Assembly (NCBI GenBank): GCA_973895155.1
Contig: OZ316897.1
Coordinates: forward strand, 2,433,416 to 2,497,415
Source of the DNA: Marsupella aquatica
Lineage: Eukaryota; Plantae; Marchantiophyta
Direction of reading: 5' to 3'
DNA length: 64,000 nt
The notes under the pieces are model-generated. The model saw only the letters and a list, made by a program, of their open reading frames with translations, ran no database searches and was not told the origin of the DNA. Of this stretch, positions 11,250 to 24,660 are shown piece by piece. Each line of letters starts with the position of its first letter. Within the stretch, counting starts at the first letter, position 1. The translations under genes were made by a program, and so were the position numbers.

Positions 11250-14200
11250 GGGCAGAGGGAATTGCAATTAGGAACTAAGAGGTTTAGGACCACTAGTTCA
11301 CATTTCAAAAAGTAACCCACTCAAAAACATAAACTATAAGTTAAGAGAAAAATTTGTGAAGGGATGGGGGTGTAGGAGTTATTTTTTTGAAGCATAAGGA
11401 GAGGCCAGGAGTGGGATTTTTCATGATTGCTTAAGTGATCAATCTGATCTAGCAACAATGATTTAAAATCCAGACTGAGATAGGACTTAACATTTCTAGC
11501 TGCTAAAACACAGAGTTGAGCTTGGAATTAAATATGTATTTCATGCACTTAGGCTTATCAGGTCCATCAGTCATTCAGTGGGCAAAGACATTGACCAAGG
11601 GGCCTGTCCGAGTGGGTTTCATGGGTTTTAAGATCCCACTATTGAGGAATGTCAAGTTGTGTTGACCGCACCAAACAGGTGATAGATTGTCTTGTCAATT
11701 GAGCATGGATCCTTTTTGTAACTTTTGAGGCTACACTTTTACCAAAGTATCACCGGGGGTATCACCCAACATTGCAAACCCATATTGCAGAGCAAAATTG
11801 CTGCAACACTCTTCTTCTTAACACATACATCTGGGCAGATCTGAGACTGCTTTGATACGCAGAGCCACGAAAATGGCATAATGCGTGTGACGAAGTATAG
11901 GGTTATTTTATTGGTTAAAAATGAAGATTTAAGAATTTTCTGAGAAGAACAATAGAGTCTTTTAGATCAAATTTTGAGACTTATAAGAACATTAAGGTCC
12001 TTATAACCAACTTTTTAGAATATTCCAACTTTATAGGGGTTGAAAAATTATTATTTTTCTTACATTTTAGGGGGTCCGAGGCCTAAAAACGTTGCAGGTG
12101 ATGGGGAGACATCAATTTAGTGAGACCCCCAAGACGCAGAGTAACCCAACCATCTTTTTTCAAACATCTACAGTAGGCATGTGATTTTGTTTCAGCCATG
12201 ATCGGTGACCCACCCCCTTGGTCACTGGCCTGTGCTATGTGAATTGGGATGTTTATACATTCTGTAAACAAGAAATTTGCCACCAAAAATTGGTCTAAAC
12301 AACAGCAAAAAAAAGAGCTTCAATGAACAACAAATGTAAAAAATTCAAACCTTACAGCAAGGTCATGAAGAGAAACTTACCTAGAGACTCTAGCATAAAA
12401 TTGTTGTGACATGGAACATTATTATGCAGGCATTTGAGACTGTCGGTATGTTATCATCCAGATGCCTTGCTTTGGAGTCATCATACTTCCATTCCAAGTC
12501 CCACGCCACAAGGACAGTTTGAGGGTTCCCATAATTACATCAAAAACTAATAACTTTATACATACTTAGAATAATACTCAATAGTTTCAATTAATTATTT
12601 TATTTTAAATCATGGTATCGAGTGACATATTAAACTTATATTGTTGCATATTGACTTCACTTTGAATAGGTGGGATGGGAAACATAGGATGTCCTTGCCG
12701 GTAAACACACATTAAAATGTGATAGCATATTATATGCACTCATTGATTGAAAAATAATAATGAAGATGTGATAGCATATTATGTATATTCATTGATGTAA
12801 AAAATAAATAAATAATTATCATGGTATGGAGTAATATCGTACACCCTAACATAGTACATATGCAAGTCCATGAAGTTACTGTTCCTTGTACACCAGCCTA
12901 CAGTTGTCCTGTGGGTTGCGGAAAGGAATGCGATTCGTATTGGAAGCGCATTTACCCGTACCTACTCAATAAAACATTTGATGGGGTCATGGGTCAATTG
13001 ATGGTATTGCTCACCACCTGTAGTGAACTACACCGTATCGCTTAGAGTACTCTAGCCCGATGGACACAGTACAGTACCTGATTCTAACGATTACATCAAT
13101 TTTCTCCTGCTGGTTGATTACAAAGGCTCAGAAAAATACTTGCATCAATGCACTAAGCCGAAAAGAAGACAATGATTTAAGATGATAGCAATTTCCCTCT
13201 CATAGCAAGCCCACTACCTGGATCACTCACTCAAACATCACACATCCGAGACTGAGAAAACGTTTCTAGACGGATCTTGGACCGTCACCAAACCAAATGT
13301 CTCATGCGCTGTGGTACAGAACTCTGATTTTTAAAAATTTATTGAAACGCGAACAAAAAATGGACCACATCAGAAGTTCATTTCTCTTTCGGATTTCAAG
13401 ATTTTGCATGTGGGACTCCTCCTTTTTAGCATCCAGTGTAATAGAACTTGAAAAAGTGTTTTCAGTAAAGTCTATTTAGACGCTACAGAGGTTGAGTTCC
13501 CCTTAGAAAGAAAATTGTCTGGTTACTCGGAGTCTCACCATGATTTAGGAAGCAGATTGGAAATGAAGAGCTCTTCCGTGGCATGGTGTCAATGGTTATT
13601 AGATCTAGCCAGATTGGATTGTTTGTTGGCAAAAGTTTTTTTGAGGCTTGCGTGGGGCAACTAGGAGATGTGAAATTCTTTGTGGTCCCAATTTTCTTTT
13701 CCCGCCCCTCCTCTTTTTGTTCCATTTGGTCTTCTAGTGCCACCCAAAAAGTAAAAGCATTGGATGTGGTCTGTCTACTAGGATGAGAAATTCTACTAGG
13801 ATGAGAAATTCTACTATCGGACCCACACTGAAGTTTCTGTTGACCCTTTAGGATCAAATTCACCAACAAGATAGGGTTTCGTCAGCATCCAGTTTCCATG
13901 ACACAAATGTCTTTCTGTAAATGTGAATAGTATAAATATATCACTGCAAAAGAACAAAAAGATAGAGATCCCAAAGGCCAGAAATAAAGGGGGCAAACAA
14001 CAGGTAAAACCGAAGAGCCACATAGTTGTTGAACGATTATGCAAATTACACACTGATCGATCTGTGACGGATCTAGGACCTAAGAACTAACACTTAAAAT
14101 TAGTCTAGTATGATCCCAGCTTCGATGACAAGAATCACAATTCCTCCAAAACATTTGACTATAACTAACCTTGCCAACTGTATAATTATCATGAACTGTG

Positions 14201-16085
14201 GATGCCCAAAGTATTGTGACAGCAGCCACTTTGAAGGGATGATTGTGTACAAGACTCGAGTGGTACGTCTGTTTTCTCAGCCCTTGCTGACATTTCATGG
14301 CGAATAGTAAGCCGCCTCCTACTGTACTGACATACGCTGAACTAAAGTGCCCAATTTGCAACTAAAGTGCCCCAATTTGCAGAAGCACACAAGAGCTGAA
14401 AGGCACCATGACTCCATGAGACCGATTGGTCACCAGAGAAAGTGCAAGACTGGCGCAGTACCGGTTCGTACCGTGACTGAGAGCGATCGATCACCTGTGA
14501 ATTGTAACATTGACTCACAGGTCGATCGATCTAATAAGTTATAAGTTAGTACCGTGGCAACAGCAGTACCAACGAGCGAGTTTCCACTTTTCAAAGGCAT
14601 TGCAGTACACCGGCCACGCGGGAGTGCGGGAGGTTGACCTTGCTCGTACAGACACTGCACGACAGAAGCCATTTAGTGGCAGACTGGCAGCCAGATAGGT
14701 AATGTAAGTGAGCTTAGAGGACAATCGAGCATCCTTACGTACAATTCCGTGAATCCCTCTGCACTGAGATCTGACTCGATCTGCTTCCCAGCTTGGCAAC
14801 AATCCCACTCAGCTGCAAGGTCGCCGAATCCTGCAAACAATATGAGAACGATATTTGTTTTGTTGAGGCCGTGTGAGTTTATAGTTTTAAAATTGGGCAG
14901 GCATACTGGAAGCTACTGTAGAAAAAGGGCGGAGAATCGACACAGGTCTACAAGGACTGCTGATGGTGGGCCCTTTCCGTTTCGTTTCCATGACAACCAC
15001 TCTCCTTATTCGAGTCCAGTTTTTGCCGGCAAGTACCATGCGCAGGAGTATGTACGTTCTTGCAGTCCTGCACCGTCCTGAGGTTTTTTGGAAACAGCAT
15101 TCAGTCCAAGTCCAAGTCCTTCTTCCTCTTCTTACAATAATTTTGTAGATGAAATTTTGTAGAGGTTTCACTGATAGTAACAGATCAATAAATTAAGAGG
15201 CTGCGAGATTGAACAGACACGAAGGATCTCCAATCTTGAATTTGGGCTCTAAACCCTAACAGAGCCAACTTTCTTGGATTTATTCTTTGGACCGTATAAA
15301 GGAAATCTTGTAGACGTTTCTGAAAATGGTATGATTCATTCTCTAATATATAAGCAAGAGGCCCTGTAGTTAAGGTCTAGATAGTGACACACAGGACAAG
15401 AAATGTTCGAATCAGAGTACAGCCAAAGGGGAAGGCGCTAAAATCCATGCCACATCCAGAAAATAATATTTTTCTTGATTAGCGTTCCAGCATCGGCAGT
15501 CTGGCTAGCTTTATATTCAGACTCAATCAAGAGTAAAAGGAGCCAGGGAGAAGAGTTGACAGTTTGACCCATGTACTTTGAAACAATGGCACACTGACAG
15601 AAGCGTGTCAGGCTCAATTCTATTTAGAGAGGGAGTTCAAAAAATTATATGTTCTTTTGTGGGTTCTTAGGCACACTTATGTTACTTATAAAGAGCCAAG
15701 TGCAAACTAGAGTTAGGCCTAGGTTTCTAGAGTGAAGACTCTAGATCATAAGTCCATGGCTCATTATGTGTATTGGAAAAAATATGACTATGATGTATGT
15801 CAAATGATAATCATGCATACTTTTTATCATAATTTCTATTTGCATTAAAAAATGGGTTAGACTATGGCCCCACCATAACATATGTGCATAGAACACGAGA
15901 TAGAAAGAAGGATATGCATAGAAAAGATTATGGTATGTTATGTATGATTATTGAAATGATGACATGCTTGAGTTTTTTTTATCATTTCATTAACCTTCCA
16001 AAAATGTGAATAAGGAATATATTTTGGTGACATTTTCATTGTCCTCCCCACTATCCATGTTCAAATAATGGGTAGTCAGGGCTAG

Positions 16086-16520
16086 TGCCATGCCGAGGGA
16101 CAGTGCCTCTTATGCACATCGGCATGTCCCTGGCATGCCCGCTAGGTATGTAGTTAGGGCTAGTGTACTACTTGAGTTAGCGACATGTTCTTATAACAAA
16201 TTCAAGCCGTTCTTGAAGAAAATGCGCTGTTAGTGTGACGCCTGGACTTGGCTTACTTAGGGCATGTTTTTCTTTGCCATTTTTCAATTCTTCTTGAATC
16301 GCTGTTGACAGAGCTCAGACAGTGCTTGTAGGTTCCGTACACGGGATTCACACAGTGATTCGTTAGCGGGTTCGTTAGATGCTTCCGGCCGATCTTGGCA
16401 TCCCGCCGGTTGTACGTCAATTCAATTTCAATACACTTGTTTCTCTTGCGCCTTGTATAATACAGAGGTTTACACCTCCACTACGTACATACTACCTCAT
16501 TTGCTTTTCCCTTACCACTT
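16086..16520 (+). mobile_element. Diverged solo A+B repeat of the DNMT/PHD retrotransposon family (3'-truncated)
   Basis: Begins TGCCATGCCGAGGGACAGTGCC at the same position as repeat A of the 33695 element, covers all of A, then continues directly into the start of B (ATACAGAGGTTTACACCTCCACTACG). Confidence 0.9.
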
Positions 16521-16563
16521 TCAACAAGAATACACTAATTTAACCAAGTATGTTTATTTGGAA

Positions 16564-16995
16564 CAGGTTTTTACTAACTTGTCCCCCAAACTATCCAATA
16601 TTAGAAACTTGTCACTCAAACAAAATCACTTGTCAATCATTTTGCCCCCATTTTTTGTATTTGAGCTAGTATTATCTTATATACAGGTTCCCGTTGCCAT
16701 GTGGCAAGTGGCTACTGGCTAGCCTTAACCCATGTGGCACCCCACACTCCCCTCACAAAGATCTGACACTTTTGGCCTCATTTTTACTCAGGGAAACACA
16801 GCGGAGAAGGGAAAGAGGGACTGACGGGGGTGGTAACAGGTTAAGGCTAGCCAGTAGCATCTTGCCACATGACAATGGAAACCCGTATACAAATACTAAG
16901 TTAATACAAAATGGAGGGCAAGTTGATACTTAATTTTTTTTAGGGGACACATTAGTAATATTGGGTAGTTTGGGGGACAGGTTAATAAAAAGCTG
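16564..16995. mobile_element. Foldback MITE with ~170-bp imperfect TIRs (Mutator-like)
   Basis: CAGGTTTTTACTAACTTGTCCCCCAAACTATCCAATATT...GCTACTGGCTAGCCTTAACC is mirrored by GGTTAAGGCTAGCCAGTAGC...AATATTGGGTAGTTTGGGGGACAGGTTAATAAAAAGCTG. Possible degenerate ~9-bp TSD (TTATTTGGAA / TTAGTTGAA). Confidence 0.75.
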
Positions 16996-18050
16996 TTAGT
17001 TGAAGATATTATTTGTCACTTCTAGAGTAGACTAGCCCAATGCCCTGCATTGCAGAGTATTGTCAAAGGTGAGTAATGTTGATGATGTTGTCAAACATAA
17101 GGGAGATGGTCAGAGTAGGCAACTAGAGTTCAAGGAGTGTGCCAGTTGTGGGGAGAATGACAGGTCAAGTGCAGAAAAGGTATATATAATGGCACCCTTA
17201 GGTACATCTCATGGTTAAGAAGAATGTCAACCATAATTAAACAGCCGATTGAGGCTTCCCACCATGACTACATCTAAAGGCAAACCATGAGAAAAAAATA
17301 GCGAGTATATTATAGTGTTTGGATAAGTAAATTAGATACAATGATGGATTTCTCATATATTTCATCTTTTTTTGTCTTTAACTGAAATGGGGAGTAAATA
17401 CAATTAGACTCCCCCATCCCAATGTGACATTTTCCATATATCTCATGAGTAGTTATGAATGGTGGTGATTCAAACGGCACTAATATACGCTTCAACCTCT
17501 TATAGGAACTACTCTTGAAGACAATACTGTACTTTCGTTGAGCGACCCTCTTTTGTAGTCCATAGAGTTTCCCTCCCCTACGAGGCCCCACATTCTTGCA
17601 AGGTTTTCACATTAAACAACAATTTTATTGATCTGTGTTCTTTTTGAGAAAAGGGACAGGACCCACCTTCCTTCCTGATCCTATTCTGTAATCTTCTCGG
17701 GGACCTACCTTTCTTCTTGTATGGTGTAATCTTCTTGAGGTTGGGTCGGGTTGGGTTGGGCTCGGTTGAGTCGAATTCATTCGAGTTGCAAAGTACGCCT
17801 TGCAATAGGGCGTCTCAAACCAGGTGTTTTCTGTTTTTTCATTATAGCAGCTGTGACCATGATCAAAACTCAAATTTCAGGCAAAGTTAGTCCGGGGATT
17901 TTTGGTCTGAGATGCGTCACAACATCATCAATTTCAGAATGGGCTAAAACTATTCTTGAAGGGTGATTTTTGGTGCAGATTTTTGGTGCAGATTTTTGGT
18001 CAGCTGACCGCCGGAGTTTGATTACCTAAAATGGTTGAGAAAGTACTGGT

Positions 18051-18115
18051 TTGAGATACCCTAAGTGTCCAGCATCGTGAATTCCACAAAATGCTGGACA
18101 CTAAGGGTATCTCAA
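18051..18115. repeat. 25-bp-stem hairpin (1 mismatch, 15-nt loop)
   Basis: TTGAGATACCCTAAGTGTCCAGCAT-cgtgaattccacaaa-ATGCTGGACACTAAGGGTATCTCAA. Confidence 0.85.
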
Positions 18116-19495
18116 GATCTTTCAAGGAAAAACAAAATATGTCCAGCATCATTTTATTATGGGACTAGAGTGATGCAGTCTAGAAGGAGTGATGACTGGC
18201 GACTGCGCCTGAGCTGGTGATTCGGAAATACCGAAGAAATCTGAGTAGGTCGGCCGTCAGTGCCAGTGACTGATTGGCGATTCCCTCTCCAAGGTGATCG
18301 CTCCCCCTCATTTGTGTATTTTGCCGAGTTTGATTTGAGTTAAATGGCACGTGAGAGGCTAGTAGCTCTGATGCAGACCTGCAGTACTCACAATTGCCAT
18401 TGAGTTGCCTCCGGGCCGGCTTGAGTAGCTAGCCTGAGGCATGCATGCAGCAATCGGGACAGTTTCCACTCACCTGGCGGCTCCGCTGCTGCAGTGTCCA
18501 AACTACTACTGTAGCCGATGGGAGCTGAGCTGAGGACAGTGAGGACGGTGAGCAGAAATTAGCTGAGGCGAGTGGTTGTGCGATTTCTGTGTGCATATAA
18601 TTTATTTTTCTTTCTTCTGTTTTTGTCGAACCGAGTGTCCTCTTCTCCTGTCCAGGCTCTATCTTTCAGGGCGTCCGCCAGCTCGAGGGCGCCCGAAGTG
18701 CAAGGCTATTTCTGTTTGGTAGCTCATCTCGTGAAAGTGCGACTCGGGGTAGTTGTGAAGGTTGTCCGTCCCGGAGCTTCTCCTGAGGTGAATTCCCTAT
18801 CAGGATTCGAGGAGCACACGTGTGAATGGTGAACAGTTAGTGTAGGATGAACTATGGTTCATTAGTTGACCTGTGAGCTGATTGTTGCAGTTTCCGTGGG
18901 CCAGCTTCCCCGTCCAGTGGATTCGATTCGAAATCTCTTGGCATGTCCTTGATTGAAAACCGATTCCCCTGAAGTAGAATCACTGTCTGGATTGAGTTGC
19001 TATCTAGCTAAGGAACCGGTGAGGTTAATAACTGGAGCCTGAGCTGACAGAATGATCGATCATCGACAACGTGGTCATTCCTTACCCAGTGGGTCGAGTC
19101 TAGGATCCTAGTGTATGACTGTACGTTGGTTTACAAGCTGGAGAGGTGACTGGCCAGTGTCTCAAAGCATTTTGGTAGACAGTCCATTCATTAAGAAGGT
19201 TCGAGGCCGAGCTTGAGTATCGCGTGCACATCATTGTTGTATCGGTGATAACCACGCAGGCAGCACAAAACTCTTAATTTGTGTACTGCAGGTTTTGCCG
19301 AGCAACTGAATCGCTGATATAGGAAGATCAGCTTTTGGATGCTTCACACAATCCGTTTGGACTTCAGTGCCTAGACGTGGCTTCATTTGAAGTGAGACCA
19401 AGAGTGACCCGAATTCGAAGTAATAGACTAGAAGTGCACCAGAAAGGTCGATAATCACAATTTTCTTGGCGCGCGGCAGGCTTACAGTAGTAACC

Positions 19496-20026
19496 ATGGC
19501 TAAACATTTCGGTGAAAAGAGGTTCTCAGTAGTTCTTGCGCTGGTGCTTGGTTTAGCTGTTGCCATGAATATGACGATGACCACAAACGTATCAGCAGAC
19601 GTTCAGGACTCTACCTACAGATCCAGAGCCACATCTGCGTTTGTTCGTAGGAATTTGGAAGCGAGGCAGTCGGGAATGACTCTTACTTCCCGCTCATATT
19701 CCCACATGATGATGAGCTCGAGCAGCGTCAGCAGCCGGGTTAGGAGATTGGCAGGGTCGGCGAATTGCGCCAGCAATCCAAATATTTGTAACGATGCAAC
19801 GACGTATGGACCGAACGCCACTTGCTGTGCTTCAACAGGGGCCTGCGTGCAACTGGATAGTGACAAAAATAATTGCGGCTTCTGCATGTACGTTTGTGCG
19901 TCCAACCTCGGATGCTGCAACGGAACGTGCACCAGCATCATGACGGACAACCAGAATTGTGGGACCTGTGGGACGACATGCAGGAATTCCTTGTGCACCA
20001 ATGGATTTTGTGGGTATGGAGGTTAA
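19496..20026 (+). CDS. STIG1 (stigma-specific protein 1)-family secreted cysteine-rich protein, 176 aa, single coding exon
   Basis: Hydrophobic signal peptide (VVLALVLGLAVA), then a C-terminal STIG1 pattern: CC-x5-CVQLDSDKNNCGFC-x3-C-x5-CCNGTC-x5-DNQNCGTCG-x2-C-x4-C-x2-GFCGY. Confidence 0.9.
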   Translation: MAKHFGEKRFSVVLALVLGLAVAMNMTMTTNVSADVQDSTYRSRATSAFVRRNLEARQSGMTLTSRSYSHMMMSSSSVSSRVRRLAGSANCASNPNICNDATTYGPNATCCASTGACVQLDSDKNNCGFCMYVCASNLGCCNGTCTSIMTDNQNCGTCGTTCRNSLCTNGFCGYGG

Positions 20027-23000
20027 GCAAAGCCAGGCTGGTATGCAGGCCTTCTCTTTCCTTCTGTAGATTTTCGCTTTCGCGTGCGTACTTTCTTGGA
20101 TTGATAGCAGTTGGCCTTCAATTACGAATCCATATTCAGTGCGTGCACAAGCTGTGGACCGTCCCTGAGTGAGAGAAAGATGTCTTCTCGGTTAAAATCA
20201 AAGCTCAATCTTGTAAGGAATTGGGCAGTTTTATGCATATGTACGTCCTTCTAGTCAACCTGAGGCAGATATATTAAGCTTGTTTTCACCAGAAAGTTTC
20301 CAATTTCCAGGTATGTCTAGCCTGATTCCGTGCGCACCGGCGATCAGACTCATGACTAGCTCAGCCTATGTTCTGCCTGCTAGTTAAATCAAGAGAGTAG
20401 GACTATGCTACACAAGAAATGGCAACCGGCCAGCGCGCTGTTAATTTGCGCACTACATAGATCTGGCTTAATCAGACCAATTTTATGTGTCTTGTACGAA
20501 TGGAACTCTAAGAGCTCTATGCGCTCGATGCATACAGGGTTTGTTAAGCTGCCGCAATCACTCCTAAAAAACATTTATGGTACTGTAGTGTAGTCCTCAG
20601 TCAGACAGATGGCTTGTTCGTTGAGCAGCCCGGCTAAGTTCCACTGGGTAATTAAACAATTCGAAGAGAACTTCTGGTTCTCGTTAATTGTGTGCTAGCT
20701 TGATGGGATAAAGTAGCAGGGGCATTTGTCAATCCCGCCCTCTCGACTCTTTAATTTATTCGCACTTTTCGCAAACTTCTACGTGGTGTTCGCTCGAATA
20801 GCTTTTGAATTGATGATTTAATGCATTTTCCGTATTCGTCAACATGTGTTCACTTCTGTGAAGCTTCCTTTGTGCAATCTTCTAGTTATGGAAATGTTGC
20901 TCGATCGATCCAACGCTCAATCGGGAAAGCAAGGTGTTAAAAACTTTTATTCATTTATTGATCTATGCCCAATTTCACCAATCTGACGAGTTGCTCTAGG
21001 AAGAATGCATAAATGTTTGCTCTATCCTTGATTTGACCAATTAGAAGAGGCTGGCGCTCTGGGAAAGGTAACGACTACTGCAAAAGCGAATGTCTCACCT
21101 GCTACAAGACAGTCGCTGCCCGGGAAGAATCACTGTTAATTCACATGGAGTAGTTGAGACTTTCAAGGTTGTCAGATAAGAGTTATGTACCAAACCCCGA
21201 TGAAGCTACGACCACGTGAGAAACTGCGTGTTTAGTCTCCACCGGCCAAATCTCTCAATTTGCTCATGTCAGTCTCCTGGCTTTAATTTACTTCATCGCA
21301 TCCTGAATTAATGATGGTCCTTGCAACGACATGTCAGTCCACTGAAGAACATAAATTACGGGACGTCGTATACTGTCGTTCTGTACAGACTGTACCTTCG
21401 ACCACCGTTGTGTGGTCATTATTTAGACAATTGCTTCATATGAAAGAGGGCAGACCACGAACTTCCACCAATTCCTTTGCACTTCATGAACAGGGCTAAG
21501 TGCGTAGTAGGTCATTCTGTACCCCGCACTCACGAGATTTAGACTCTGACTATGGTCAGTTGATGCTCAAGATACGGCCCTGTACAGAGCCCTCAACAGG
21601 TTCCTCAGATTCCACAGACAAGGTCGAAGATTTCGTACCGAATTACGGTGCATTCATAACATTTGAATCATTTGCCTGGGTTTCAGTTCCTCTCCATGGG
21701 GAAGCCCGATTTGTTGGGATTTTGATAACAAGCACTGAGCTGCACTACAGAGTGTAGATCATATACGAGCTTGATTAATTAGGCAGGACTGAATTTCTTT
21801 AGTTTCCTCGAAACAATCACAACACTTTATTGACAGCAGGACGGAATTGGATGCTTACTTGCTTAGATTGAGGACGAATTAATTGAAAACGGAGGTCTAC
21901 GCACGGCAGCAATCTTCGAGTGTACGGGCAGGATTGACGTGATATCAGTCCTCAATTCACGATAGACTTCCCGCCCTTCCAGCCACTTGCCTGCTTCAAG
22001 AAACTCATGGATGGCACAAGGCCACCCAGAGTGAGTATTAATTGAATTTGGAGATCCGTGCCAAAATATTGTAGTTTAGAATACTGTAGGGACCATCAAG
22101 TTGGCATAGTAAAAATTTATTGGGATTTTAGCTTCGAGTGACAAAATTTCAATTAGCGTAGCGTTTGTTAAACCCCAAGTGCATGCTCGAGCAAAACATT
22201 TTGTTGTAAAACATGAGTTCATCATGGTATACATTGTTTTGATATAGAAACCTGAAATCTAGCTATATATTGGAAATTGGAATCAAAAGCTACTATTCAG
22301 AGCCAAGGTCTAGAGTGAAGACTCTAGGCCATGACTATGAGGGCGTGATTTATTTGGGGGCCAGTGGGAGATGGGATTGAGGGTAGGGTGAGCCTGAATA
22401 TGACATAGCTGACTTGACTGTTCTACCTCTATTTATGCTTAAAGAATGGGCATTTGACACACAAACTTTTGTGTCTTACTTGCATTTTGTCCTCATTTCC
22501 TGAGAAGCAAGGTACAGAGAAACCTTGTAAATCATTTAGAAGCAGGAGGTTAAAGGTTAGGGTCCTTATATGTCTCACTACCTAATTACTCAGTGATGTA
22601 AACAAAACTCTAGTTGTGCAGAATGCATACCTTGAGCAAACAAACCCTAGAGAGATCTGATAGGAGATACAAAATCTTGCTGTACCTCAACACAATTCAC
22701 CTCCCACACTTCGGTGCCATAGACAAGAAAAGTGCTCTAGAAATTAAGAAGGGGAAGTATGAGACAAAAAGATTGCCAGTACGCTAAAACCCTTTTGGCC
22801 TACTTTTACATTGCAACATGGGGCAAATTTACAGAGGAGGTAAAATTTAAAGATGTTTAAATTGATATTACAAGCACCAGAAAGAAAATCTAATGATGGG
22901 AGGGCTAAGCTAGTTCAGTCAAATCCGAATTGGCTTCCAACTTTTGTTTAGCATCAGCAAAGATCAGCCTATGATGTAGCCATGAAAGAATCCAAATTGA

Positions 23001-24019
23001 CCATAAACTTTGAATTGCTTGTCAGAAAATCTAAGGCCCCATGCGAAAATCGGAGAGCACCCTAAATTGAGAATCAAGCTCAACTGATCCTGTGAGAAAA
23101 AAATCAGAGTTAAAGGGAAAAGCAACAAAACACAAGCCTACAGACTCGAGTGAGCAGTTTGCACCGGTAATGTCTACCCCTATCATTCTGTAGCCTGAAA
23201 AGAGAAACCTGGCCTGTTCCTCCCCCCACCAACCACTTTTCGTGAGGTAGAAAGAGAGATGCTGCCTGGTCAGGAGCTGGCGGCAGGGTGATGAGGAGCA
23301 TCATCACCGACCTGACTGGAACTCCATTCATGGTAATTCTCCGCTCATAACCATCCTCTATTGTCGACAAGGAGAATGCAGTGTGACTACATGTATTTCA
23401 GCATTTAGAGTTGTATTCGTCTTTCAAGGGAGGCAAGGTGGTCACAGTATACTCTAAGAGCCAGCTCCATACTACAGTACTTTGGGTCCATGTAGGATAT
23501 TTTGGACTCCGATTTGTAAATTAGAGAGGTCGTTTGTAAAGCCACGGAACATTTGTAGTCATGGGAAACGAATAGTTCCAGAATATTCTATAATTTATAG
23601 TGAGATTTATGATATGGCATTCCTTTCTGGTTTTGAAAGGTGAGAATTCCTTCATTGACATTCTTTTTGGTTTACTAATTGTATTGCCACTTTCTTTCCC
23701 CAGTGGTTGAGCAAAGTATCTCTGGCTTGTTTGGAGTGATCCAACAGTCAACATCCTACCAGTTTCCATCATTAGACATCCACAACTAAACCCCAAACAC
23801 CCTGGCCCACCTTCAACCAGGGGGGCATGGGGTGTAGGGCAGCCAACCAGGAGGGGCGGATCAAGCAGAAGCAAAGTAAAGACCCACCGCAATGTTAGGG
23901 GCTGAAAGCATGTTGTGGTTTGGGTCCCGGTTTGAAGTGACGGGCAACTTGCCGAGTTGCCCGGCATGTAAACTCGGCATTTGCCGGACCAAAATGCCTC
24001 TATTTGACGCATATTCCAT

Positions 24020-24660
24020 CTTATTCCCCGGCCCGGCCCGAACTTTTCCCGACCCGGCCCATACTCTTCCCGGCCTCATCCCGGACGCTACCACCCTTCC
24101 CGGCAACCAGCCCGGCCCGGCCCCTTCCCTCCCCTCCCCTCCCCGGACCCGGCCTGCCCCTTCCCGGCCCCGGCCAAACAGCAGCCGGGGGCGGGAAGGG
24201 GCAGGCCGGGTCCGGGGCCGGGCTGGGTCCGGGTGGGAGGAGGGGAGGGGAGGGGGAGGAGGCCCGGGTCCGGGTCCGGGGAGGGGAGGGCCGGGTCCGG
24301 GTGGGGGGAGGGGAGGGGAGGAGGGGAGGGTGAGGAGGCCTGGGTCCGGGGAGGGGAGGGGAGGGGAGGGGAGGGCCAGGCCGGGCCAGGTCCGGGTCGG
24401 CATTGAGGGAGGGGGAGGGGACCGGGGACCGGGAGATGTGCGAGCCGGGGGATGTGCGATCCGGGACTGGGGGCCGGGGGATGTGGGAGCCGGGGAATGT
24501 GCTCAGGCCGGGACCAGGGACCGGGGCCGGGACGGAGGAAACAAAAGGGAAACGAGACCGGGTGATGGGTCCGGGAGGTCATGGCCGGGCCAGGCCAGGA
24601 CCGGGGGAGCGAGACCGGGAGAGGCCGGGTGTCGACTTGCCGGTTGACGGCCTCGGAAGG
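24020..24660. repeat. Extremely GC-rich low-complexity tract (C-rich arm followed by G-rich arm; CCGGG/GGGAG repeats)
   Basis: Runs such as CCCCTTCCCTCCCCTCCCCTCCCCGGACCCGGCC followed by GGGGAGGGGAGGGCCGGGTCCGG repeated many times; partly self-complementary. Confidence 0.85.

Noticed and set aside
11560-12520. Possible decayed transposase fragments
   Set aside because: Only vague similarity by eye; no diagnostic motif could be confirmed.
13270-14080. Possible TIR element (GATCTTGGACCGTCAC / GTGACGGATCTAGGACC)
   Set aside because: The match is short and imperfect and no TSD was identified, so it cannot be supported as a feature.
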